DNA of 64,000 nucleotides from an uncultured Candidatus Sumerlaeota bacterium (GCA_964389675.1 CAYMEV010000018.1:1-64000), one strand, 5' to 3'; positions 39,708 to 49,731 are shown, numbered from the stretch's first letter. The notes: generated from the letters alone by a model not told the origin. Translations and numbers: made by a program.

Positions 39708-41888
39708 ATGCCTAAAATATCCTTTACGGAAGATGAGCTAAAAAAGAATATTGCAGAGATAAAACCAGGCTTTGATACTGTTCTTCTGAATAAAGCCCTG
39801 GAAATGCTCAAAGGTGCTTTGGCTGATGTAAAGGGGCTGAAATCTGAAGACCGGCAGAAAATCATCGAACATAACCTTAGAGTGGCAAACTACACAATAG
39901 AGCTGTTTCCGGATGAAAATACCACCATTGCAGCCCTTGTCCACAATATACTCAATATTTCACAAATCAGCGAGGAGCAGATATCAGACAGCCTGAACCC
40001 TGATATCATACATATACTGAGGGAATATAAGGACCTTGCTGAGATATGCGATGAAACAAAAAATATCATAAAGGAAAAGGAGTTTATTAATTTCTTTATT
40101 TCAAAGACTGCAAGCTTCTCTTCAATGTTCATTACATTCTCAAACAGGATCGTGATGCTTGAGAACATAGTGGCGAAAAGGTATAAGCACAGCAGGGAAA
40201 GAAGCCGGGATATAGCAGAGGAAAGCATAAGGATTTTTGCAGCCATTGCAAATATACTTGGCATATGGAGAATTAAAGCCATGCTGGAAGACCTCAGCTT
40301 CCAGATCCTTCACCCGGATGAATACCAGGAGGTCAAAGAGAGGCTTGAGAGCGGAATGCAGGCATCAGACGCCACACTTAAGAAGGTCACGGGATTAATA
40401 TCGGACAAGCTTAGTGAAAACCAGATCACTGATTTCAGGTTCTCGTTCCGCAAAAAGCACCTCTACAGCATTTACCAGAAATCAAATAAGAAAGCCACTG
40501 ATATAAACTATCTTTATGATATAAACGGTATCAGGATAATCCTGAACAATATAAATGAATGCTATGTCGCAATGGGCGTCATACTGGAAAATTTTGAGGA
40601 TATCCCCAACAGGAGGAAAGACTTCATAAGCAACCCCAAGCCGAACGGCTACAGGTCGATACATCTCGGTATAAAATTTGAAGACTACCTCATAGAGGTT
40701 CAGATCAGGACAAAGGACATGGATTTCATAGCTGAATACGGTGAGGCTGCGCACTGGGTATATAAGAACAAGGACACCAATGATGCAAGGTACAGGACAT
40801 TCTTTAACACGCTTAAGAGGCAGCTGGAGACCATTGACGATTATACATCTGCTGATTCGGTGGATAAGGACAAGCTTCTCAATGTAGTCCATATCTGGAC
40901 TCCGGACAAGGCACGAAGTTTTGCGCTTCTGAAGGGTGCAACCCCGCTTGATTTTGCCTTCTGTGTCCACACTGATGTTGGACTGCACTGCAAAGGCGCT
41001 TTTGTCAACGGCAATTATGTTCCTCTTGATTATGAACTTCAGAATGGAGATACGGTAAGGATCATTACATCAAAGAACCAGAAGCCCAATATGGACTGGT
41101 TTTCAATAGTAAAGACAAACAGGGCCCGCAAGAAGCTTACCCATTACTTCAGGTCGCTGGAAAAGGAAGAGAAGATCAAGAGGGGAAAGGAAGCGGTCAT
41201 TAAGGAATTTAAGAAAAACAGGCTTAATTTCAATAAATGGATAAAGACAGAGCAGGCCCGTGAGGTTTTTGAGAAGCTTAAGCTCAGTATTGAAAACCTT
41301 GACCAGCTTTTTGAGCAGATAGGGCAGTCCAGCTACAGTGTCTATAAGATCATCAATCTCATCACAGACAAGACTGAACAGCCTCAGAAAAAAGAAAAGG
41401 CTGCCCCTGCTGTTACATTTGACAATGTGGATGATACAATAGTCATTGACGGCATGACGGATATAAAGTATAAGACGGCCTCATGCTGCAATCCGATACC
41501 GGGGGACGATGTGGTAGGATATATTACATCGGACCATGTGATATCAATACACAGGAAAGACTGCATAAACACCCTTAACCTCAGAAATGAAAAACTTCTC
41601 AATGTAAGGTTTATAAAGGGGTATGACGGATTCTATAATGTATTCTTTCATATTGAAACAAAGAATGACATGCATATATACAGAAAGATACTTGAGATAA
41701 TAGCTAATGACAAAATCAATATATCAAAAAGCTCCAATATTGTAAACAGCAGAAACAGCGGCGAGATTAGGCTGATCGACCTTCACCTGAAAGTTAAGGA
41801 TACACAGCAGATACAGAGGCTTATACCAAAAATATTCAATCTCCCGGGCGTAATCAAGATAACAAGGAAGGCCAATGCTGAAGATTAG
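39708..41888 (+). CDS. Long RSH (p)ppGpp synthetase (degenerate HD, SYNTH, TGS, ZFD, ACT)
   Basis: KHLYSIYQK, RRKDFISNPKPNGYRSIH, EVQIRT, GEAAHW.YK, ATPLDFAF.VHT, CCNPIPGD. The HD motif reads HN. Confidence 0.93.
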   Translation: MPKISFTEDELKKNIAEIKPGFDTVLLNKALEMLKGALADVKGLKSEDRQKIIEHNLRVANYTIELFPDENTTIAALVHNILNISQISEEQISDSLNPDIIHILREYKDLAEICDETKNIIKEKEFINFFISKTASFSSMFITFSNRIVMLENIVAKRYKHSRERSRDIAEESIRIFAAIANILGIWRIKAMLEDLSFQILHPDEYQEVKERLESGMQASDATLKKVTGLISDKLSENQITDFRFSFRKKHLYSIYQKSNKKATDINYLYDINGIRIILNNINECYVAMGVILENFEDIPNRRKDFISNPKPNGYRSIHLGIKFEDYLIEVQIRTKDMDFIAEYGEAAHWVYKNKDTNDARYRTFFNTLKRQLETIDDYTSADSVDKDKLLNVVHIWTPDKARSFALLKGATPLDFAFCVHTDVGLHCKGAFVNGNYVPLDYELQNGDTVRIITSKNQKPNMDWFSIVKTNRARKKLTHYFRSLEKEEKIKRGKEAVIKEFKKNRLNFNKWIKTEQAREVFEKLKLSIENLDQLFEQIGQSSYSVYKIINLITDKTEQPQKKEKAAPAVTFDNVDDTIVIDGMTDIKYKTASCCNPIPGDDVVGYITSDHVISIHRKDCINTLNLRNEKLLNVRFIKGYDGFYNVFFHIETKNDMHIYRKILEIIANDKINISKSSNIVNSRNSGEIRLIDLHLKVKDTQQIQRLIPKIFNLPGVIKITRKANAED

Positions 41889-41911
41889 CCCATTTGAGCC
41901 ATCCGACGCAA

Positions 41912-42856
41912 CGACGCAAAAGGGACGGTTCTTTTTGATTCATCCACGTTTCGATTTTTATTCACGGCTGATTCTACGAACCATACTGCTGCTTATATTA
42001 AGAAGGCTTGCAATATTACGCTGACTCAGGCTGGTTTTCTTTAATAGCCTCCTTACCGCCTCTTTTTTAAGTTCTTTGGAACTTAGGAGTGAACTGATAT
42101 CTTTGGTACCATAATAATCCATAATTTCGCTTAATATTTCCATTACTGCTGATTTTCTATTTCGTTCTATATCTTCTTTTGTATCCAGATATTCATTAAA
42201 ATCACTGCTAAAGTGAAATTCTATAAAATGTTCAAGATTATTATTAAAAAGGCTGATAATGAATTCCATCTGGTTTGGGGATACCAGAACAGGCCTTTTT
42301 GTAATAAACTCACGGTAACTGCTCCAACTATAACTGTCAGGCTTTTCAACAATTTTGGCTGCAACAGGGTTATTATGAATATACCTTATTAACTGCAAAA
42401 AATAAGTATCATCCCTTATAATTTCACTTCTGAACCTGTCCTGAAATACATGCCCTATCCTTTTCATTTTGCTGTTATATACCATGGCATACTGTATATT
42501 TATTTTTTTAAAGGCGTGTGAAAGGTCTTCAATTTCTCCATAAGCTAAAATATGTACATGATTATTCATTATACAGTAGGCAGCCAGTTCCAGAGGTTTC
42601 TCCATATAAAAAAGGTCTTTCAGCAGTCCTGTAAAATAGTGCTTCTGCTCATACCTCCGGAAAATAGCTTCGCGGTTATTTCCCCTCATCATCAGATGGT
42701 AATATTTTGTTGGACTTGTTTCCCTTGCTTTACGAACCATTTTTTTCACCTCTTTATAATCCTATACATGCTGAAAAAGAAGTTCAAGGTTTTTTAAATA
42801 GGAGTTTTAATAAAAACCTGAGGTTTGACGCAAAAAGAACCGTCCCTTTTGCGTCG
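41912..42856. mobile_element. RAYT/IS200-like HUH transposase unit flanked by perfect 26-bp inverted repeats
   Basis: cgacgcaaaagggacggttctttttg (41912-41937) is the exact reverse complement of caaaaagaaccgtcccttttgcgtcg (42831-42856). The interior is AT-rich. Confidence 0.8.
41958..42740 (-). CDS. REP-associated tyrosine transposase-like protein (Y1_Tnp + C-terminal HTH)
   Basis: YHLMMRGNNR..IF, AYCIMNNHVHIL (HUH), GHVFQDRFRS, RYIHNNPV, Y.WSSY, SQRNIASLLNIS HTH. Likely start ATG 42740. Confidence 0.9.
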   Translation of the reverse strand: MVRKARETSPTKYYHLMMRGNNREAIFRRYEQKHYFTGLLKDLFYMEKPLELAAYCIMNNHVHILAYGEIEDLSHAFKKINIQYAMVYNSKMKRIGHVFQDRFRSEIIRDDTYFLQLIRYIHNNPVAAKIVEKPDSYSWSSYREFITKRPVLVSPNQMEFIISLFNNNLEHFIEFHFSSDFNEYLDTKEDIERNRKSAVMEILSEIMDYYGTKDISSLLSSKELKKEAVRRLLKKTSLSQRNIASLLNISSSMVRRISRE

Positions 42857-42918
42857 GGTCGTCGTTTTTGTTGTTTGTTTTGTTGTTTATTTTGATCTCT
42901 TTTGAGTGCTTTTGGTTC

Positions 42919-44652
42919 TTATTCCTGTTTTTTGCTTCTTTTTTCCGGGGATATGCTGATATATTCCTCATCCCGGGAGTGCCTCGGCCCGATCTTTACA
43001 TAGTGCAGGTGCGGATATGCCGGCATTTTTATCCCTGCAACTGAAATACCTGCAGGGGCGCTGAAAAATCCTCTTATCCTGCCCTCTCTCTCTATCTGCA
43101 TGAGTATGGGGCTTTCAGAACGGTTTATAAGCCTGATGCGCATTGATAGAATATCCTCCTTTGTTCCCGCAAGCCCGCTTATGTGTCCTCTGTCAGGCTC
43201 CTGGCCAGATATATTCAGCCTGCCTGCACTTTCCGACATAAGGTCAAATATAATAAAATCATCGTCCAGAAAGGCGACTTTATAGACTTCTGAAAGATCT
43301 GACAGCTTTCTTGCTGTATTTCTGTCATATTTTTCATATATTCCCAAAGGATAACCGAACCATTTGACACCATTCTCCTTATGAAATTCCAGCCTTATTT
43401 TGCTCAGGGCCTTTTCCATAAAGCCATAGCGCCGGGAATAATAGAGGGAGGAATGAAGCACGGTAAGGACCCTGTCTTCAGGCTTTGATATTTCTGAGAG
43501 CTTTCTGCCGAGCCTTAAGGTTACATTTTCGCATTTATAGAAGTCCTTTATATAAAGGCAGGAATAGATAAAAAGAATAGAAATTATAATAATATAGAAA
43601 ATATCCCTTCTGAAATACTTTAAGAAGGCTTGTATCCCGATCCCGGAGAAAATTGCAATAAGAGGAGTGATCGGGAAAAGATAGTACGGGTTTGCAATAG
43701 TGCCCTTTGCAAGGATAAAGAAGGAAGAAATAACACCCATAAACCAGAATAAGAGGATATATTCCCTGCCTTTCAGGCTCAGGAAGATGCCTGCCAGGAA
43801 GAAGGGCAGCAGGACTGGCGTGATACTGTATTCGAACAGCCTCTTTATAAGCGATCCCCAGAATATTTTCCCGGTAAGTGTCTCAGTATCTGCCCACTTG
43901 GATATATGCCCGTGGCCTGTTTCCCATATCCCCACGCTCTGGTATGCCTTGCCAAGCTTATAGGAATGGTAGTAATACAGAAAAGGGGGGACAAGGATCA
44001 GAAAAATAAGCAAAGGGATTACGAATACCCTGAATTTCAGCCTGCCCTTTCTTAAAAACAGAAGGGGAATAAATACAGCAAGTATGTAGGCTGCAGGGGC
44101 TTTTGACAGTATGGCGAGGGCTCCTGTAAGGACTGCGAAAAAAGCATGGAGCATTTTCCCCGTTTTCTGGAGCTTTACAGCAAAATAGATAAAGGCTGTT
44201 ATGAAAGCAAGCATTACAGGCTCAGGCATAAAGCATCTTGAGAGATAGATATTCTGGGGCAGGATGGAGTATATCAGCATGATACTGAGGTTCAGCATTC
44301 TATCAAACATAAGCTCATTAAGCAGAAGGTAAAGGAAGATAAACCCCGCTAAAGAGAACATTACCGCCACTATCCTTCCGATTATCTCATGAAATCCGAA
44401 GATTTTATAGAGCTTTGCAGTAATATAGGGAAGTATCTGGAATTCTATCTCGATATACCCGCCCTCTCCCCCTTTTATGGAATACTGGGGATAGAGGATA
44501 TTCGTTTTCTTTTCATAGAAATTTTTGGCAATATCAGCTGTAGGCACCTGCCTTAATCCTATATAATCCGTAAGCGGATTATATAAGCCGTAAAGCCTGA
44601 GAAAGATGAAAAAAAAGAGGATCAGTAATATAAGCCTATTCTTTATGCCCAT
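42919..44652 (-). CDS. ArnT/PMT-like (GT83/GT39) membrane glycosyltransferase
   Basis: RQ..TA.IAKNF, EFQI.PY, GR...., SR.FMPE motifs and many TM segments. Likely start ATG 44652, overlapping the DGC end. Confidence 0.8.
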   Translation of the reverse strand: MGIKNRLILLILFFFIFLRLYGLYNPLTDYIGLRQVPTADIAKNFYEKKTNILYPQYSIKGGEGGYIEIEFQILPYITAKLYKIFGFHEIIGRIVAVMFSLAGFIFLYLLLNELMFDRMLNLSIMLIYSILPQNIYLSRCFMPEPVMLAFITAFIYFAVKLQKTGKMLHAFFAVLTGALAILSKAPAAYILAVFIPLLFLRKGRLKFRVFVIPLLIFLILVPPFLYYYHSYKLGKAYQSVGIWETGHGHISKWADTETLTGKIFWGSLIKRLFEYSITPVLLPFFLAGIFLSLKGREYILLFWFMGVISSFFILAKGTIANPYYLFPITPLIAIFSGIGIQAFLKYFRRDIFYIIIISILFIYSCLYIKDFYKCENVTLRLGRKLSEISKPEDRVLTVLHSSLYYSRRYGFMEKALSKIRLEFHKENGVKWFGYPLGIYEKYDRNTARKLSDLSEVYKVAFLDDDFIIFDLMSESAGRLNISGQEPDRGHISGLAGTKEDILSMRIRLINRSESPILMQIEREGRIRGFFSAPAGISVAGIKMPAYPHLHYVKIGPRHSRDEEYISISPEKRSKKQE

Positions 44653-46384
44653 TTTTCTGGATTTCATGGAGAGGTGCCCTGACCACCCTGTTTTTGCCAC
44701 TTTCCTTTGCAGAATACAGGGCAATATCAGCAAGCTTTATAAGCTCAGTTTCATTGTTTACAACTGATTCCGGAAATGATGATACACCAAGGCTCAATGT
44801 CCTTGATATGGAGATATCCCCCCTGATGAATTTATGCTCCATGACAGCCTTCCTGATTCTTTCCGCTACCACAAGGGCACCTTTATATGTAGTATTAGGA
44901 AGCAGGAGGACAAATTCCTCTCCGCCATACCTTCCCACAATATCCGACACCCTGCTGCTGTTTACAAGGATTGCGGATATGTCCTTCAATACAAGATCAC
45001 CGAAATCATGCCCGTATGTATCATTAACTGATTTAAAATTATCTATATCCACCATAAGGCAGGACAGTGCAAACCCTCCCCTGACACTGCGCGAGTATTC
45101 GCTCTTTATCCTTTTTTCAAGATAGCCCCTGTTCAACAGGCCTGTCAGGCCGTCTGTAATGCTGAGCTCTTTCAGTATCCTGTTTTTTTCCTTCAGCTCC
45201 TGATGAAGGTACCTGACCCTGAGATGCGCATTAACCCTGGCAAACAGCTCCTCCATATCAAACGGCTTATAAAGGTAGTCGTCAGCAACATTGTTCAGTG
45301 CACTGATAAGCTCATCCTTCCTGGTGACAGAGGTAACAATTATTTTCGGGATAAATTTCAGGTTTTCAATCTGGCCAAGCTGTTTGAACATTTCTTTGGC
45401 AGTCATATCAGGCAGGTCGAATTCCGATATGATAATATCCACCGGGTTCGTTTCAATAAAATCAATAAGCTCTTTGCCTGTTTTCAGCAGGTAGACGACA
45501 TAGCCCTTCTTTTTCAGGCTGTATTTCAGTATGTGGCCAGTGGTCGGCTCCTGGTCAACAACAGCGATCCTTCCAAATTTTTTCTGTTCTATGGCATTGA
45601 ACAGGTTCTTTATAAAAAGCCTTAGACTCCCCTTGCTGAAAGGCTTTACGAAGTATTCTATAGCCCCCACCATAAAGCCCTTCTCCTTCTCTGCCTGATC
45701 TGTCTTGGCGCTCACTATTATAACCGGGATATCCTGTGTTTTATCATCGATCCTTAATTTCTTGCATACTTCATAACCGTTCATGCCGGGCATTTCCAAA
45801 TCCAGCGTGACAAGGTCGATATGCTCCCTCTGGGATATTTCAAGGGCAGTATCTCCGCTTCCTGCAAGAAAGAAGTTGTAACCGTCAGGCTCCAGCTCCC
45901 TTTTTATCAGCTTTCTCATAAGGTCAGAATCATCAACTACCAGGATATTCCTGTTATTATTATCCCCTGCAAAGAACTCCTCATCCTCTTTGGCTGCTTC
46001 AGAGTCTTTAGCGCTCTCGGGCATGCCCCTTCTTATAAGCGGCTTCAGTATCTTCTGCAGGAAGCTGTCTCTGGAGAATGGCTTGATGATAAAATCCGAG
46101 ATCCCTATCCTGAATGCCCTGTTAAGGTTATCCTTGTCAAGGTGGCTTACTATCATTATAATATTCAGGAAAGGAAATTCACCCAGAAGCTTCTCAATAT
46201 ACCCGAACATGCCTTCATGGTAATTTTCCCACTCAATAAGGGCAAAAGAGGGAGAATCAGACTGTATCACCTGGTATACCTGCCCCAGATTCTCTGTAGT
46301 AATTATCTCTATTCCAATATGCTTGACATATTGCTTTGCAGCAGCTCTCAGGGATTTGGAGGAGTCGTAGAAGAGAATTTTCAT
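44636..46384 (-). CDS. Diguanylate cyclase with three receiver(-like) domains
   Basis: REC x3 (central one canonical: VVDD, LDLEMP, KP), TDGLTGLLNR, DIDNFK..ND.YGH, RVSD I-site, GGEEF. Confidence 0.93.
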   Translation of the reverse strand: MKILFYDSSKSLRAAAKQYVKHIGIEIITTENLGQVYQVIQSDSPSFALIEWENYHEGMFGYIEKLLGEFPFLNIIMIVSHLDKDNLNRAFRIGISDFIIKPFSRDSFLQKILKPLIRRGMPESAKDSEAAKEDEEFFAGDNNNRNILVVDDSDLMRKLIKRELEPDGYNFFLAGSGDTALEISQREHIDLVTLDLEMPGMNGYEVCKKLRIDDKTQDIPVIIVSAKTDQAEKEKGFMVGAIEYFVKPFSKGSLRLFIKNLFNAIEQKKFGRIAVVDQEPTTGHILKYSLKKKGYVVYLLKTGKELIDFIETNPVDIIISEFDLPDMTAKEMFKQLGQIENLKFIPKIIVTSVTRKDELISALNNVADDYLYKPFDMEELFARVNAHLRVRYLHQELKEKNRILKELSITDGLTGLLNRGYLEKRIKSEYSRSVRGGFALSCLMVDIDNFKSVNDTYGHDFGDLVLKDISAILVNSSRVSDIVGRYGGEEFVLLLPNTTYKGALVVAERIRKAVMEHKFIRGDISISRTLSLGVSSFPESVVNNETELIKLADIALYSAKESGKNRVVRAPLHEIQKNGHKE

Positions 46385-46692
46385 CAGCTTAGCTTCTGTA
46401 TCTCACCTTCAAAGAACTCAGCGTTTCTAAGGCCGCTTATCCTGTTAATCTCCCTGCCTTCTTTGAAAAATATAACTGTGGGCACGCTGAATATGTGAAA
46501 ATGGGATGCAACCTGCTGGTTCTCACCTACATCGCATTTATAAAAGGGTATGGCTGAGTATTTCTCAGATAGCTCTTCGAGAATGGGTTCCAGCTTTTTG
46601 CAGGGGCTGCACCAGGCAGCGCCGAAATCCAGGATGAGACTGCTTCCGTTTTGTATAATATCCTTAAAATTGTCATCAGTCAGCTTCAGCAT
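46384..46692 (-). CDS. Thioredoxin
   Basis: WCSPCK active site and SVPT cis-Pro motif. Confidence 0.92.
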   Translation of the reverse strand: MLKLTDDNFKDIIQNGSSLILDFGAAWCSPCKKLEPILEELSEKYSAIPFYKCDVGENQQVASHFHIFSVPTVIFFKEGREINRISGLRNAEFFEGEIQKLS

Positions 46693-46884
46693 TATATATC
46701 CTCCTAATAATTCTTGATTATTTTCCTGTATTATAATTCAAATAAGATAAAATACAAATATTGTAAAGCATAAAAATTCCATATGACGGAGTCGTCATAT
46801 ATGGCATTTTAATCTTGCCTTTTTTGCCGCCTGGTAATATAAATGTTGACTGCCTGGCTTTTATAGCTGAGCCTGGGATAAAAA

Positions 46885-48516
46885 ATGGAATCAAAGAGAA
46901 ACATATTCATACTCCTTTTTATATTTGGTTTTTCCATACTGCTGATAGGTATTATCAAGTCAGCATTTATATTCAGGAACATCAGCATCCCCGAAAGCTC
47001 TTTTATCAAGGTATCATTTTACGGCATACTGACACTGATACTCATGTCCTTCCACCTGTTCCTCCGATTTATTAAATGGCATCACCTGCTGAGGAACAAC
47101 CAGATACTCATACCGGTCAGGACTTCCATGCTGGGTTTCTTTTCAGGGTTAAGCCTTATATTCATCCCCCTTTTCATCGGTGAAACATACCTGCGCAGCT
47201 ATATCATATCCAGGAGGGAAAGGGTCAGCCTGAACTCAGTATTCAACACTGCCGCTGCCGACAGGGCATATGATATATTTGCAGTCCTTTTCTGGGGGAT
47301 ATTCTTTTTAGAATCAGATTACATCAGATTATTCTCATTTGTCTTATTTTCTGCAGTTCTTCTTGTGCCGGGGATCAAAACCTTCTTTATCAGGATGCTT
47401 GTAATAATAACCGGTTTTCTCCTGAGGCTTTTGGGCATAGCCTATATATCCCTTGACAGGGGGATCCTCCTGAATATCAGAAAGAGGCTGATGCTTAAGA
47501 ACCTTATACTGAGCATCTTTGCCTGGGCTGTCCCCTCCTTTATGGTCTACTGCATCCTTCAGGAGCATATCCCTGTCTCTGTTGCGGATGCATTCAGGTT
47601 CTTTGTAAATTCCACATTTCATCAGATCTTTGTTCTCTCATCAGGAGGCATAATCACTGCCGGCTCATATATGACAGGATTCCTCACCGGGGCAGGATAC
47701 CACTATGACCAGGCGGTAATTTCAACTTTTGTCTTCAGGATCTCCACGACGGGTTTTTCATTTTTGGCCGGCCTTATATCGGTTTTAAGCTTCAGGAAAT
47801 ACCTTTTCAACAGGCATGCCTGCACCCATTTCGAAGAGATCGCGGGGGAGTATGACGCTCAGATACCTGCTCACTCCACCAGGATCGTTGTAGATCGGAA
47901 GATGGAAAGAATGATTGAAGAGTTAGCGGTCAGACCAGGCCTTACGGGGCTTGATATTGGCTGCGGCCAGGGATATTACCTCAAGGAATTTGGAAATAGG
48001 GGGATAGATGCTGCAGGAGTAGAAAGCTCAAAAAACCAGCTGAGAAGCGCCTGCCGGCTTACTGAAGGCAAAAATCAGTTATTCAGCGCTTCACTTCCCT
48101 TTCTGCCATTCAGGGACGGATCATTTGATTTTGTCTATATAATAAATGTGCTTCACCACCTTCCTGACAGAGAGGCTCAAAAGAGTGCCATCAGGGAAAT
48201 CCTCAGGGTAACAAAGAAAAACGGGCTGGTATTCATCAATGAGATCAATACGCGGAATTTTATCTTCAAACTCTATATGAGCTATATCTTCCCTCTGCTG
48301 AATAATATTGATGAAGGCACGGAACAGTGGATAAACCCTGTTCATCTGGAAAATGAATGGCAGTCATTGCATGCAAAGACCAAATATTTTACATTCCTTC
48401 CCGAATTTACCCCCGGGATAGCCTGGAAAGTCCTAAGCCCTGCCGAAAAGCTTCTTGAGCGAAGCTTCCTTGGCAAATACTCTGCACACTACATATCCAT
48501 CCTTAAAAAGGCCTGA
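46885..48516 (+). CDS. Fusion of LPG_synthase_TM (flippase-like) domain and class I SAM methyltransferase
   Basis: N-terminal multi-TM region (LRFIKW, P..IGE, DR..D, GG, FR) followed by LDIGCGQG, LPF.DGSFD and VLHH motifs. Confidence 0.75.
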   Translation: MESKRNIFILLFIFGFSILLIGIIKSAFIFRNISIPESSFIKVSFYGILTLILMSFHLFLRFIKWHHLLRNNQILIPVRTSMLGFFSGLSLIFIPLFIGETYLRSYIISRRERVSLNSVFNTAAADRAYDIFAVLFWGIFFLESDYIRLFSFVLFSAVLLVPGIKTFFIRMLVIITGFLLRLLGIAYISLDRGILLNIRKRLMLKNLILSIFAWAVPSFMVYCILQEHIPVSVADAFRFFVNSTFHQIFVLSSGGIITAGSYMTGFLTGAGYHYDQAVISTFVFRISTTGFSFLAGLISVLSFRKYLFNRHACTHFEEIAGEYDAQIPAHSTRIVVDRKMERMIEELAVRPGLTGLDIGCGQGYYLKEFGNRGIDAAGVESSKNQLRSACRLTEGKNQLFSASLPFLPFRDGSFDFVYIINVLHHLPDREAQKSAIREILRVTKKNGLVFINEINTRNFIFKLYMSYIFPLLNNIDEGTEQWINPVHLENEWQSLHAKTKYFTFLPEFTPGIAWKVLSPAEKLLERSFLGKYSAHYISILKKA

Positions 48517-48570
48517 TAAATAATCCGGAGCAGGTTCAGGCATTTTTATCTTTTAATAACCGCTTTATAA

Positions 48571-48579
48571 TGCTATAAT
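48571..48579 (+). promoter_or_regulatory. Extended -10 promoter element
   Basis: TGcTATAAT about 36 nt upstream of the GNAT start. Confidence 0.5.
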
Positions 48580-48615
48580 GGATAAAAATTCTGTACTCCG
48601 GTAATAAGAAGAAGG

Positions 48616-49722
48616 ATGATAATTAAAACTGTTACAACAAAAAAGGAACTTGAGGATTTTATTAATTTTCCGTATAAACTGTATGAGCCCTACCCAATGT
48701 GGGTACCCCCGCTGATCTCCCAGCAGAAAAGGATGCTTGACCCCGGGGCAAATCCATTTTTCAGCCATGCTGAAGTAAGGCACTTCCTGGCCTATAAGAG
48801 CAGTAAGGTCTCCGGCAGGATAAGCGCAATAATAGACAGAAACTTCAATGAATTCCAGAATGAAAACACAGGTTTTTTTGGCTTTTTTGAGTGTATTGAC
48901 TGCAGGGACACTGCCAATGAGCTGATAAAGGCAGCAGAAGATTTTCTGAAAGAGAGGAACATCGACACTATAAAAGGGCCTGTCAATCTCTCCACAAATA
49001 ATGAATGCGGGCTTCTGATCGACGGATTTGAACTCCCGCCTGTAGTAATGATGACCTATAACCCTCATTATTATACAGAATTCTTTGAAAACAGCCGTTT
49101 CAACAAGGCCATGGACATATACGCCTATATAATGTCAAAAGAGGATGTGGATGACAGGATAGAAAAGCTTATAGACTATGTATCCATTCCTGAAGGCTAT
49201 ACCTTCCGGACCATAAGGAAAAAAAACCTGAAGCGCGAGATAAGCCTTATAAAGGATATATACAATTCAGCCTGGGAAAAGAACTGGGGCTTTGTACCTC
49301 TCCAGGATGATGAATTTGATTTTCTTGCTGATGACCTGAAACATATAATAGATGAAGAGCTTGTATTCATTGTAGAAAAGGGAAGCGAAACAGTCGGCTT
49401 TTCTCTCGCTCTTCCGGACATTAACCAGGTCCTTGTCAAAATGAACGGGAAGCTTCTTCCCTTCGGTTTCCTGAAACTGATGAGGGGCATGAAAAAGATT
49501 GATACCATACGGGTAATTACAATGGGCGTAAAAAAAGAGCACAGAAAGACAGGGATTTCAGCCATGTTCTATCTGAAAACCATTGAAAACGGGCTCCGAA
49601 AGGGTTATACAAGGGCTGAATGCAGCTGGGTACTGGAGAACAATAAAGCCATGAACAGGGACCTGAGGCTTCTCGGGGCGCATAAATACAAGACCTACAG
49701 GATCTACCAGAAAGAAATATAG
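48616..49722 (+). CDS. YghO-like double-GNAT N-acyltransferase (bacterial ceramide synthase-like)
   Basis: FINFPYKLY...WVPPL, NPFF.HA, GRISA, GFFGFFEC, GP, GLLIDGF, YNPHYY, NWGFVP, LPDINQ, SWVLENN. Confidence 0.8.
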   Translation: MIIKTVTTKKELEDFINFPYKLYEPYPMWVPPLISQQKRMLDPGANPFFSHAEVRHFLAYKSSKVSGRISAIIDRNFNEFQNENTGFFGFFECIDCRDTANELIKAAEDFLKERNIDTIKGPVNLSTNNECGLLIDGFELPPVVMMTYNPHYYTEFFENSRFNKAMDIYAYIMSKEDVDDRIEKLIDYVSIPEGYTFRTIRKKNLKREISLIKDIYNSAWEKNWGFVPLQDDEFDFLADDLKHIIDEELVFIVEKGSETVGFSLALPDINQVLVKMNGKLLPFGFLKLMRGMKKIDTIRVITMGVKKEHRKTGISAMFYLKTIENGLRKGYTRAECSWVLENNKAMNRDLRLLGAHKYKTYRIYQKEI

Positions 49723-49731
49723 GGATTTGAG

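Noticed and set aside
42864-42920. ttttgttgttt repeats next to the RAYT inverted repeat
   Set aside because: Short low-complexity sequence with no spacers; not CRISPR.
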